DNA from: Phyllobates terribilis | Taxonomy: Eukaryota | Direction: 5' to 3' | Length of the DNA stretch: 64,000 nucleotides | Assembly: GCF_046119375.1 (NCBI RefSeq) | Contig: NW_027362763.1 | Coordinates: 724,656,001-724,720,000 of the forward strand | Shown here: positions 12,461 through 23,824 of the stretch, one piece after another | How the letters are laid out: each line of letters opens with the position of its first letter | Numbering within the stretch: the stretch's first letter is position 1 | Translations under genes and position numbers: made by a program | Notes under the pieces: generated by a model | The model's database searches: none | The model's input: the letters and a program-made list of their open reading frames with translations, nothing else | What the model was told of the DNA's origin: nothing

Positions 12461-13642
12461 TGTCAGGCAAAATGTATTTTTGTCCTAGTTTTAAAAATGA
12501 GAGATGTCTTAAATCTCCACCCCCTGCTCATTTGGAAGAGGCTACATAGAACTCACTCTTGCTTTCCCCCTAACAAGGAATTTTTATTACTGCCATAAAA
12601 CCTCAGCTAAAGAACAAGCATTCAGGTATAAACTGGAACTCCCTCCAAAATCCTATTGTCTAACTGTACAAACTTTTAATGTCGAGTTTAATAGTGCACA
12701 TGACTGTCACAAACATAAGGACCACATTTTTTGGATGTTCACCTTTTTCCAATTGCGACGGTATATCTTACATAACTGGGAGACCACCGGAAGCACGGGA
12801 AATGGATTCTGAGCGTCAGAGATATCATATTTGATATCCATCTTCATGAATATTGGTGACGGCAAACATGATGTCTCCATCTTGGAGGTGGGACCCCCCC
12901 ATACCAAGATATGAAATCTGAAGGATTTTTATGTCTTGTGCAGCTGGGTGGGTTCACAAAACCGAGCCCCCGTGTGAGGTAAACAACATGGGTGTCTCCT
13001 AGTGTTTTGGCCTCTTACTAAAAACCAGAACGGACATTTTACTTCATTCTAACCCAGGGACGTCAGACGCATGCACTCCTCGTCGCTGCGTGGAGGAATC
13101 ACACCTAATTTCCGGGGAGCCGTCCCCCCCCCCCCCACAGAATCTGAGACCATCACCTCGTGGCGCAGGTTTTGCTATCCCTTATCCCTTTTATTTTAAT
13201 AACTGTTTTATGCATATATGTAAATTGTCTCTCTTTTTATAATATCTTGTATATCTTTTGTAAACACTTCCCACTTTCGGGAGTAAATCATTATTATTTA
13301 CCAGCTTCGTTCTTCTTGTCCTATGTCGACGAGCAAACACGTTCCTCCCCCACTAATTCACGTTACCTAACGGGTACCCGATCCACCTGTTAAGCGATCG
13401 GTGGTGGCAGTATACCAGTATTTGTGATATTGTGGTTTGAGGGTGGCTGGACGGAGGTATATATACATTCCTGGAAGGAACTGGTGGTATATATACGTCC
13501 TCTCACATCACGTGCCACAATAGTCGACATAAATTAGAGCAGCTGCGCCCTGTTGCTTATCCTCGGTCAATACCGTGTTTGACCAGCAGGATAAGGGGGC
13601 ACCAGAGGGCTGCAAGGTCTGACCAAGTGTGTTTTTGTGACA
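12461..13642 (+). repeat. Gypsy LTR (1182 bp)
   Basis: Starts TGTCA immediately after purine tract AAAAAGGGGGAGG; ends TGACA; no second copy in the window. Confidence 0.85.
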
Positions 13643-13644
13643 AT

Positions 13645-13662
13645 TGGTGGCAGCGGTGGGAT
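13645..13662 (+). other. Primer-binding site, tRNA-Leu
   Basis: TGGTGGCAGCGGTGGGAT = exact reverse complement of the last 18 nt (ATCCCACCGCTGCCACCA) of vertebrate tRNA-Leu(AAG/TAG type) including CCA. Confidence 0.88.
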
Positions 13663-13716
13663 AAATATTTTTCTATCTACTGGCTAACACGGTACAAGAA
13701 TATATATATTTTCCAT
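13662..13716 (+). mobile_element. Probable 3' tail of the Penelope-like element, in opposite orientation to its body
   Basis: First 14 nt TAAATATTTTTCTA are the exact reverse complement of 6141-6154 where the PLE body stops; followed directly by the second TSD copy (13717). Confidence 0.65.
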
Positions 13717-14711
13717 ACATCAAAGCTTTGCATGAATACTCTTAAAGATATAAAATCCCCCCCCTACCCTTCTCTCCTCCCAAAATGCAGCAATTTATGT
13801 AATGTATAACGTCTTCCATACCTGAAATAAAACTCTCCTCTAACTAAGCAAATCTGTTCGTTTTAATTTTTGTCCGCCCTATTGTCCATGCTACATGGTT
13901 ACAAGTGTCCCGGAACCACCTGACTAGACCTTCAAGATCCCCAAAGTGCCTTGAATGTCGTTTAATAAGTACCACTCGGAATGAGCAAATGGCTGAACCA
14001 CTCCCACGATTTCTTCTTGTGAGCATTTCCTTTCTAGTAATTGTCTCCACTTTTCAAAGAATTTCCCGGTCAGTTTGGTCTTATGCCTTTCTGCCTCCAA
14101 TTTTTCTAAAAGAATCAGCTGTTTTAGGTTGGACACCACTTCCTTCACGGAGGGAGCCTTCTCCGATATCCAATTTCGTAGAATGCATTTTTTTGCCAAG
14201 ATCATGATACTGTGTATTAGGGTGAGTCTGCGTCCTCGTTGACCTATATCCTCCCCTTCAAACCCTTCTCCTCTGTAATGAAAAATCCATGGATCTAATG
14301 CCCAATCCCCCCCCCCCCCCCAGATCCTCTTAACCAGACTCCTAATACTCTTCCAAAAAATTTGAATTGTTTTACATCTCCATAACCTGTGAAACATGTC
14401 AGTATTATCTTCTTGACATTTCGGGCAGGGCCTCCGTCGGATTCCACCCTCCCCCCGAATCGGGACATTGAACCCATAAATGGCCCTGTGAATAATCCTA
14501 AATTGGGTATCTCTCCATGCCTCATTAATCACGTTTTTTTTCATTGTTGCCCGTCCTTGTAGGATCTTATCACTGCCCCTTTTAATGTTTTCCAGCCACT
14601 TCAGGCATCTAGGTACGGATAAGGTTCTATGTCTGAAGAAATATTGAAGGTGGCCCCTCATACTCTTGTTGGGTGGGTCACATCCTCCTCAATCGTCAAT
14701 TAAAGAAGTTG

Positions 14712-15198
14712 CCCAGGATTGGGCACCACATTTTAAAAAAGACATTGAAAAACTGGAGCAAGTTCAGAGAAGAGCTACCAGGATGGTGAGCGGACTGCAA
14801 ACTATGTCCTACAAGGAACGGTTAAAGGATCTGGGAATGTTTAGCTGCAAAAAAGAAGACAGAGAGGATACTTTAATAGCTGTCTACAAATATCTGAAGG
14901 GATGTCACAGTGGAGAGGGATCATCCTTATTCTCATGTACACAAGGAAACACGAGAAGCAATGGAATGAAACTGAAAGGGAGAAGATACAAATTAGATAT
15001 TAGAAAAAAGTTAACAGTGAAGTGTGATCAATGAGTGGAACAGGCGGCCATGAGAGGTGGTGAGTACTCCTTCAGTGGAAGTCTTCATACAGAGGCTGGA
15101 CAGACATGTGTCTGAGATGGTTTAGTGACTCCTGCATTGAGCAGGGGGTTGGACCTGATGACCCTGGAGGTCCCTTCCAACTCTAACATTCTATGATT
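14712..15198 (+). mobile_element. CR1 LINE 3' fragment
   Basis: WAPHFKKDIEKLEQVQRRATRMV...LIAVYKYLKG and terminal GGTCCCTTCCAAC...ATTCTATGATT typical of CR1. Confidence 0.9.
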
Positions 15199-16205
15199 GT
15201 CATGTTTTTGTAACTTTTTTCCAAAAACGGCACCTCCAAACAGGTTGTGTGCTCTGCCCCCTTCACTGAATCTGGACTGCAATATCAAAAAGAACTGTTT
15301 TTGGACCAAAGTATCCAAGTTTTTCTGATCCTGGATAACCCTCTTTCAGGGGTTTTCGGGGCTTGAACTAAATCTGCAGTCACATGGTGATTGCATAAAT
15401 GAAGGGGAATCGTGACAGTTTGCCTATTGCATACTGACAGAATTCACCAATTACCAGATCGAATGGGCAGTCACATGTCACAAATTTTCATATTGACTGT
15501 CACATGCCGACTAGATTCCCATCAGCTTAACTCAATGCTCTATTGAGAGACGCGGATGAGATTGTAGTCTGCAAGAAAATAGTTATTATATTGCAATGCA
15601 ATATAATAATACCCACCTTTTAAAGAAACCATAGATTTTGCCACCCGGGTTTACAAAGCTATAAATCTGCTGTCTATATGGTAATCAGCCTTCTTTTTCC
15701 ACCAAGTATGTCCACATGTCAGTCTTCACTGCAGATCTAGCATTCTGTTCATGAACAGGTTTGTGTAAGATGACCAAAGTTTAGTTATATGTCCAGACTG
15801 GATCAGAGCTGTGTGCTTTTTTTTCTTTTATATTGTATTGTAGAAGGAGAGATTAAAAAAAACAAATGGACTTCCCTATATGTGATTATCATCAGGGAGT
15901 AAGGCTGCATCAATGGCTGCAATGATCGGCGCCTGCTGGAATACTGGAATAGCTCTGTAAATGTGTTTTTAGTCCAGTAAGAATATTGGGTCAGGTCATT
16001 TTAGTTTTGCCTGTGCCCATTTCTTGCTTCTCATTAAATGTGTTATTAAAAAAAAAAGATTCAGTACGGAGGGCACCAGGGCATAGGATGTTCTCGCTGC
16101 CTGTGATATTTCTCCACTTCACACCATTTTATTTGCTTTTTCATGTTTTAGGATATTGAAAAAAATGGGGAAAAAATGTGACTTTTTTATTTTTACGATT
16201 TGCAG

Positions 16206-16301
16206 ATCGACCTAAGAGATGACCCGAAGACTCTGGCAAAGCTAAATGATGTGAAGGAAAAACCCATTACTGTTGAGCAAGGGCATAAGTTGGCAAAAGA
16301 G
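16206..16301 (+). CDS. RHOQ: RhoQ coding exon 4
   Basis: AG|[32 protein letters not shown]|GT; 96 bp. Confidence 0.97.
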
Positions 16302-19300
16302 GTAAAAATGCTTGTTTTTTTTTCTTTCATTTTTTATTTTCTCAGGCAGAATGATGGTCTCATTATGTGAAGGATGCTTTACTGTTCCTATAGAAGTCGG
16401 GGTTAGAAGACTTGGGATTTGAATTCCTTTAATGACATTTTTATGCATCGCTGTTTATCTGATGGGAAGAGACGTTCTAGTAGAAATATTAATTTCCATC
16501 TAAATAACATGTACAATTATAACAGACACTTCATGCATCCGATACAGCCAGCAAGCTCTGCTACTCCGATACGTTACTCATTACTCTCCCCAAAATGTAA
16601 AGGTGTTCTCCAGGACTTTTTATATCGATTAACCCTACAGATCAGCCTTGTGAAGGAGACCCAGCACTCATGAACTCTGCATCCTCTGTTACATATGCAT
16701 AATGGCTTGTCTGCACCTGACCTGATTGATGTAATGTAACTTCACCCTGCATCCTGCCTGTGATAGGTTCCCCCCTATCAGCTCTTACAAGCAGATGGCA
16801 GGGAAGACAGACTGAGCTGGATCTCTTAGGATACTCTGCAGATTCTGCACAAAACACTCACAGCAGCATGTAAGAAAAGTTTCTAACTCTGCAGCTAATC
16901 GCTGTATGGACTCATCTACTAAATCAGTGCCCTCTTCTTTTAAAGCAGAATTATTACCTTCATACATAGGAACAAGCAGGGTGGGGAAAGGGATGTGTGT
17001 CAGAGCTGCCAGAAAGGATCTGATCAGTCATGATGTCATCCTGTAATTCACAAAATGTTGGAGACTGACTTTCTGTGTACACGGGACAGCATGTTTTATA
17101 CTGGTGGTCAGATTGGAGATCCAAATGTCATGGCATCCCATAATGATGAGGTGGAGGAATGTTGGGGTACAACTGTGGTAGAATGAAATGGCGCAGAATA
17201 TTGCTGAAAAGTCTCCATTATTTGTGCAAAATGATAGCTGAGGTTCTACTTTAAAGAGGTTGTATAGGACTCTATTAATGTCCTGCGATGGGGATCTGTA
17301 GGGGTCTGACATCCCCCACCAGCACTCCTACCGATTATAGGTACCAACGTTCAGTTCTGTTAACTTCAATAGGATCTGAACTGCAGTACCTGGGAATGGT
17401 CACTACACCGTGTATGGGGCTGTTGTGTGTTTGGTTCTGTATACTGTGGACTACCGGCAGCTGATTAGTGGAGTTGTCGTTTGTCAGGCCCGCACCGATA
17501 TTGATGACTTATTCTAAGGCAAGCTCAGTCCCGGAAAAACCTTTAACTTAGAAAAAAAACACAAAATTTGAGCTTGGTTTAAAATGGTAGTCCTGCCGCA
17601 CATAAATGCAGGTTCTATACCGAACGGGTTCACCTTGTTGCTGGTGGGATAGCTTTCATACTGTTTTTGATCAAAAACAGTGTTACTAAGAACCCTATTT
17701 TATTTAAATGCACTTGCTTTTTATTTATTTACAGCAGGGTTTATTTTAATTTTGCTTCTTGTAGGTTTTTCTAACCCTTTAACTTGTCTATGGGAATTGA
17801 AAGCTGATACAATTGTGACATTTCTTACAATCCTTTTATGTAACTATGTAACCAGCCTAAAGGTGTACACCGCAAAGGTCTATATGGCACGTTTGTCTCC
17901 TCTTCTGAATACTTGGCAGCTGATCGGAGTCTGTGCGTTCCTTGGCGCATAAGACCCAAGTGTCCTGGATCCAGTGGGACCCACCTGGATTTCAGATACT
18001 GTCCCGGGAATCCTGACGCAGGACCAATGTGTCCCTAAAATCTGCACTGCAACTGCTGAGGAGCAGCTTTAGTTGTCAAATAGTGTAGGGGAGGACTTGA
18101 TGAATGCTGGTGGTCCATCCACTGGTACACTCTGCATTCCTAAGAATGTTGACTCAGAATAGCCATCATCCATTCTTTATGGGACGGAGATAGAGTACGA
18201 TGCTTGGCTATATCCAGCAGTCCCATGGAAAATGAATGGAGTAAAGGAGCGCATGCTCTTTCAGGTGAGGATCACTGCAGATCCCCTTTCTTCGGCTAGG
18301 TGGAGGTCTCAGTAGGTGGACCGCCACAATCTCTTTAAAGACCTAGAACACTTTACTAATTGGGTAAAACACAGCTCGCCTTGCACTATCTGCGCAATGG
18401 GTAATATCTGATCACCACTTTCCCCACCAGACGTCCTATACACATTGCAGGGAGATGTTGGTAAGATTCCCAGCAGTGAGCTTGACTACAATCACATCAT
18501 TACTTCCAGCCTCTCGTGCAGGTTTACCAGCTCTGGAAAATTACATCAGTATTGTGCCAGGAATATATTAGAATGGAATCTGAGCTCGGCTCATTACTTG
18601 TTGCTTCTAAAATATTATACAGGAATCATAAAATACATAAAACAGGAGTGGTTACTGTATGACATGCTATTTCGTGGAGGCTCAGTATACATAGTAGTTC
18701 TACAACTGCTGCTTATTGATACTTAAATGGGGTTTTCCTCTTATAGTCCTCAATAGTAAATCCACACAGTCCGAACCTCCATTCTGCCAGGTTGGGCGGC
18801 CGCTGTGCCCAGCCAGCCTGAATAGAGGTGGCCGGCTTGTCTAAGAGTTGTCTCTTTAGTGGAGCTTAGCTATGCAATCTCCTTATTCTTGGTTGCTTGG
18901 TGGAGGGGACGGTTACTTTTTGAGTGACAGTTCTGGTCAGGAGCTCCGACCTGCTACAACAGATTAGCGATCTGTCAGTGTTCTGAGTCTACAGTTATCA
19001 CTACATCTGCATATAGAAATTACAGTGCCATTTGAACAACCACACTACTCAGGAAAGTGAGAGCCATGATTACGAGAACTGCTCTGAAAACTGTTAATGC
19101 TTGGTGCTGGGGGATTGTGATTATGCAGGAATGATAACAGCCCTGTCAGGAGGTGAGAAGCTAACTGCTGTATATGAATCATTAGGCTGGAGATGGGTGA
19201 CTGGGATGTTGGGAGTTAACTCTTCTGGAATGTTACTACTGCACACACATGACCGAGCTCTATGGAAACCACCTGTACACTATGTAAGATAAAAGCTTTC

Positions 19301-20595
19301 ATTGCAGGAGAATAACATCAGCTAGAAAAAAATCAAGTCAATTGCAAACTTATTTTCATGCTGTCTAACTAACTAAAGCAATTCAATAACCTGAGACTAC
19401 CCCTTTACCACATATTATTGTGGCGACACACTTGGCTTTTTCCGGCAACCCATAGAATGAATGGAGCGTCAGTCGAGCATGTGCACGGTGACCTCTAGAT
19501 TTCCGCCAAGTACTGATATTAAATCCACTTTTTTTAAGTGTGAAAAAAATAGAAAAAGGGGCCAAAAGTCAAAAATTTGGAGAGCAAGTATGGCTTGGGC
19601 AGAAAGACGTGAGTCATAAATGTCCCCCAATGAATAGATTAGGGAGATCTGTCACTTGGCCGTATGACTGGTCTGTGTGGTGGTCATATGCTGAGGGACC
19701 CAAGGTGGGATTAGATCCTAGCAAAGGAAACTGTTCTCTTGACTGTATCTCGAAGGGGGTCTATGCTTCGAATTTCAATACCAGCTGACTGACAATCCAG
19801 CCTAGGACACCCCCTGTTTACTTACTAATATTACATGGCCAATTATTATTATTCCGGTTGTATTCCCGCTGAATGCTGGATCAGCTTCCACAGTTTTGTC
19901 TGACATTTCTATTCTACGTGTATCCCTCAATGAAGACGCATTCTGCACAGGCGGATGGGAACCGGCGCTTGCAATTTTCGCTGCCTACTGAACAGGAAAA
20001 TAAATGGTCTCTTTTTTAGAAAATTGGTCTTATTTCAAGGACAATGTATTATGTTCTGGCTTTTCCAGGTAATTTAGCTTTACCTTCCTCAGACAGTTAT
20101 CTCGCGCTTGTGTCACATTCACCAGACTAGTTTGGATATTCTCATTTAGCATCAGTATCATTGTTGCAGTGTGTCCGGGGTAGGGGTGGGGGATTCAGGT
20201 GGTTCACTGTGATTTTCACCATAATTGCAATATACAGAAAATGTTGAGTAACTTTATAAATACTTTACTGAATGAAGTATTATTCTGGCATACTGTAGGA
20301 AATACACTGAACATGGTCCCTAACTGTGAATGAAACACTATCAGTTCTGTGCCTTTTTAAAGGTGTGTTCCTGGGAATAGGGAAAAATAACTAAAGGAAA
20401 TGTCATTAAATTCTTTTAATTGGCAAATCACAATGGTTTTCTGTAGAGAGGGAAGAGCACCATATAATTAAAATGGCTATCATCTTGTTGCAGTGACAGA
20501 AGCCTCTCCTAGAATGTTAGGACAGGAGCCTGTGACTATGTGCAGTAGGAAGTTCCTGTGATCTAGAGATAAACTGTACCATGTTTTGTCATTCA

Positions 20596-21190
20596 GATAC
20601 ACAGGGTGGACAGCAGTGTGAGCAGCCTCTCCTTACCTCTGCTCCCCTGGTATCTCCAGTATTAGATCAGACAGACAGGGTGGGAGCAGTGTGAGCAGCC
20701 TCTCCTTACCTCTGCTCCCTTGGTATCTCCAGTATTAGATCAGATACACAGGGTGGACAGCAGTGTGAGCAGCCTCTCCTTACCTCTGCTCCCCTGGTAT
20801 CTCCAGTATTAGATCAGACAGACAGGGTGGGAGCAGTGTGAGCAGCCTCTCCTTACCTCTGCTCCCTTGGTATCTCCAGTATTGGATCAGATACACAGGG
20901 TGGACAGCAGTGTGAGCAGCCTCTCCTTACCTCTGCTCCCTTGGTATCTCCAGTATTAGATCAGATACACAGGGTGGACAGCAGTGTGAGCAGCCTCTCC
21001 TTACCTCTGCTCCCCTGGTATCTCCAGTATTAGATCAGACAGGGTGGGAGCAGTGTGAGCAGCCTCTCCTTACCTCTGCTCCCTTGGTATCTCCAGTATT
21101 AGATCAGATAGGCAGGTTGGACTTCTCCTTAATGCTGTACCCCTGATATCTCCAGTATTAGATCAGATGGACAGCAGTGTGAGCAGCCTC
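20596..21190. repeat. 73/74-bp minisatellite, ~8 units
   Basis: Unit starts at 20596, 20670, 20743, 20817, 20890, 20964, 21038, 21107; core CAGCAGTGTGAGCAGCCTCTCCTTACCTCTGCTCCC(C/T)TGGTATCTCCAGTATTAGATCA. Confidence 0.95.
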
Positions 21191-21998
21191 TTATTGCCCC
21201 TGCATGATATCTAAAAAGTAAACAAAATTTTTCACCGACCAATAGGGCTAATATTAGATTCTTACTTCCTGTGCTTCACATGGGCATTAGCAGCAATAGA
21301 CTGACTTGGACCCTTTTTGTTTGCATAGAGATGTTATCTGAGCATGCTCTAATCAGGGCAAAGGTAATTGAGAAGTGAGGGGGAGGAGGTGGATCCTTTA
21401 CCTACTGTATATAGATGTCAGCAGTCCTTGTACAGTAGTGTGGCTTAAGTGAGCTGTGACATCCCTATTGGGATTGTTGGCTCCTGTGTCATTTGCTGTG
21501 AATAGAGGTCTTGTCTGTCATTGTAATCCTGTCTGTGATGATAATGAGACTGCTGAAAGACTTCTGTACAGAACAGGAAATATGAGTGTAATATTAGAGC
21601 TAGTGAGAAAACTGCAAGATTCATGATTTTTTCTTTTTTAATAGTGATATGAAAAATTGCAAAAAAATTGTTTTTAAAAATATGGATAAAGAGGTAAAGA
21701 GTCAGCTCACCCATGTGGAGACCAAACGCACAGAGCCAGCAGTGCCGCGTGGGAGCCAATCCAGAGAAAAAAGATTCCGGCGTAGATATCTTCCATAAAA
21801 ATCAATTTTATTAGTAAAGTTAAATACGATCCAAAATTCAGTCCATAGTCACAACCACAACAATTAATCATTGCATATCGACATACGCCAAAGACTAGCG
21901 TTTTATGTCATATCCTACAAAAGCACATGGTACAGATCATCCAATCCAATAGTAGTTTAAAATCCCACTATAATTGATTTTTATGGAAGAGCTCTAAG

Positions 21999-22210
21999 NN
22001 NNNNNNNNNNNNNNNNNNNNNNNNNNNNNNNNNNNNNNNNNNNNNNNNNNNNNNNNNNNNNNNNNNNNNNNNNNNNNNNNNNNNNNNNNNNNNNNNNNNN
22101 NNNNNNNNNNNNNNNNNNNNNNNNNNNNNNNNNNNNNNNNNNNNNNNNNNNNNNNNNNNNNNNNNNNNNNNNNNNNNNNNNNNNNNNNNNNNNNNNNNNN
22201 NNNNNNNNNN
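21999..22210. other. Assembly gap (212 N)
   Basis: Run of N; clips the outer end of the Tc1 left TIR. Confidence 1.
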
Positions 22211-23824
22211 CCCTATTAATCTTAAGCTTAATGTTTTATAAAAATTGGTGTTTTTGCAACAGCTATTTCAGTTTGATAGATGTAATAACTGTTGGACACA
22301 GTAATGTTTCTGCCTTGAAATGAGGTTTATTGTACTAACAGAAAATGTGCAATCTGCATTCAAACAAAATTTGACATGTGCATAAGTATGGGCACCCTTA
22401 TCATTTTCTTGTTTTAAATACTCCTACCTACTTTTTACTGACTTACTAAAGCACACTTTTTGGTTTTGTAACCTCATTGAGCTTTGAACTTCATAGCCAG
22501 GTGTATGCAATCATGAGAAAAGCTACTTAAAGTGGCCACTTGCAAGTTGTTCTCCTGTTTGAATCTCCTCTGAAGAGTGGCATCATGGGCTCCTCAAAAC
22601 AACTGTCAAATGATCTGAAAACAACGATTATTCAACATAGTTGTTCAGGGGAAGGATACAAAAAGCTGTCTGAGATTTAACCTGTCAGTTTCCACTGTGA
22701 GGAACATAGTAAGGAAGTGGAAGAACACAGGGACAGTTCTTGTTAAGGCCAGAAGTGGCAGGCCAAGAAAAACATCAGAAAGGCAGAGAAGAAGAATGGT
22801 GAGATCAGTCAAGGACAATCCTCAGACCACCTCCAGAGAGCTGCAGCATCAACTTGCTGCAGATGGTGTCACTGTGCATCGGTCAACTATACAACGCACT
22901 TTGCACAAGTAGAAGCTGTATGGGAGAGTGATGCGAAAGAAGCCGTTTCTGCAAGCGCGCCACAAACAGTCGGCTGAGGTATGCAAAAGCACATTTGGAG
23001 AATCCAATTTCTCTTTGGAAGAAGGTTCTGTGGACTGATGAAACAAAGATTGAGTTGTTTGGTCATACAAAAAGGCATTATGCATGGCGGCAAAATAACA
23101 CAGCATTCCATGAAAAACATTTGCTACCCACAGTAAAATTTGGTGGAGGTTCCATCATGCTTTGGGGCTGTGTGGTCAATGCCGGCACCGGGAATCTTGT
23201 TAAAGTTGAGGGACGCATGGATTCCACTCAGTATCAGCAGATTCTTGACAATAATATTCAAGAATCAGTGATAAAGTTGAAGTTACGCAGGGGTTGGATC
23301 TTTCAGCAAGACAATGATCCAAAACACCGCTCCAAATCTACTCAGGCATTCATGCAGAGGAACAATTACAATGTTCTGGAATGGCCATCCCAGTCCCCAG
23401 ACCTGAATATCATTGAACATCTGTGGGATCATTTGAAGAGGGCTGTCCATGCTCGGCGACCATCAAACTTAACTGAACTGGAATTGTTTTGTAAAGAGGA
23501 ATGGTCAAAAATACCTTCATCCAGGAACTCATTAAAAGCTACAGGAAGCGACTAGAGGCTGTTATTTTTGCAAAAGGAGGATCTACTAAATATTAATGTC
23601 ACTTTTCTGGTGAGGTGCCCATACTTATGCACCTGTCAAATTTTGTTTGAATGCAGATTGCACATGTTCTGTTACTACAATAAACCTCATTTCAAGGCAG
23701 AAACATTACTGTGTCCAACAGTTATTACATCTATCAAACTGAAATAGCTGTTGCAAAAACACCAATTTTTATAAAACAATAAGCTAAAGATTAATAGGGG
23801 TGCCCAAACTTTTTCATATCACTG
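22211..23824 (+). mobile_element. Tc1 transposon (DD34E, long IR/DR-type TIRs ~200 bp)
   Basis: 22211-22400 is inverted at ~23610-23800; right end ...CATATCACTG|TA; GGTGCCCA(T/A)ACTT direct repeats inside the TIR. Confidence 0.93.
22585..23596 (+). pseudogene. Tc1 transposase pseudogene
   Basis: MGSSKQLSNDLK...SGRPRK...WTDETK...QDNDPKH-(34)-E; at least three frameshifts and a stop at ~22910. Confidence 0.92.

Larger units (their letters stand above)
7391..13662 (+). mobile_element. Ty3/Gypsy LTR retrotransposon, Gmr1-type, lacking 5' LTR; internal region + PPT + single LTR + PBS
   Basis: gag ATG 7397; gag-PR-IN-RT-RH domains; PPT 12448-12460; LTR TGTCA..TGACA 12461-13642; PBS 13645-13662. 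Confidence 0.92.
6046..14710 (-). mobile_element. 5'-truncated L1-clade LINE (poly-A tail at ~6046-6070, ORF2 C-terminus 13924-14710), split by a 7.6 kb insertion
   Basis: Poly-T run preceded on minus strand by AATAAA; ORF 13924-14661 has the L1 ORF2 Cys-rich motif CPKC...HRLWRC; 3' UTR rejoins cleanly when 6141-13716 and one copy of ACATCAAAGCT are removed. Confidence 0.8.

Noticed and set aside
13645-13662. tRNA gene
   Set aside because: Only the 18-nt complement including CCA; it is a primer-binding site, not a tRNA locus.
20596-21190. CRISPR-like regular repeat
   Set aside because: Units are contiguous with no unique spacers; eukaryotic context; no cas genes.
21789-21990. ~18-bp inverted repeat (TCTTCCATAAAAATCAAT) just before the gap
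   Set aside because: Lies at a contig end beside Ns within degraded repeat sequence; could be assembly noise.
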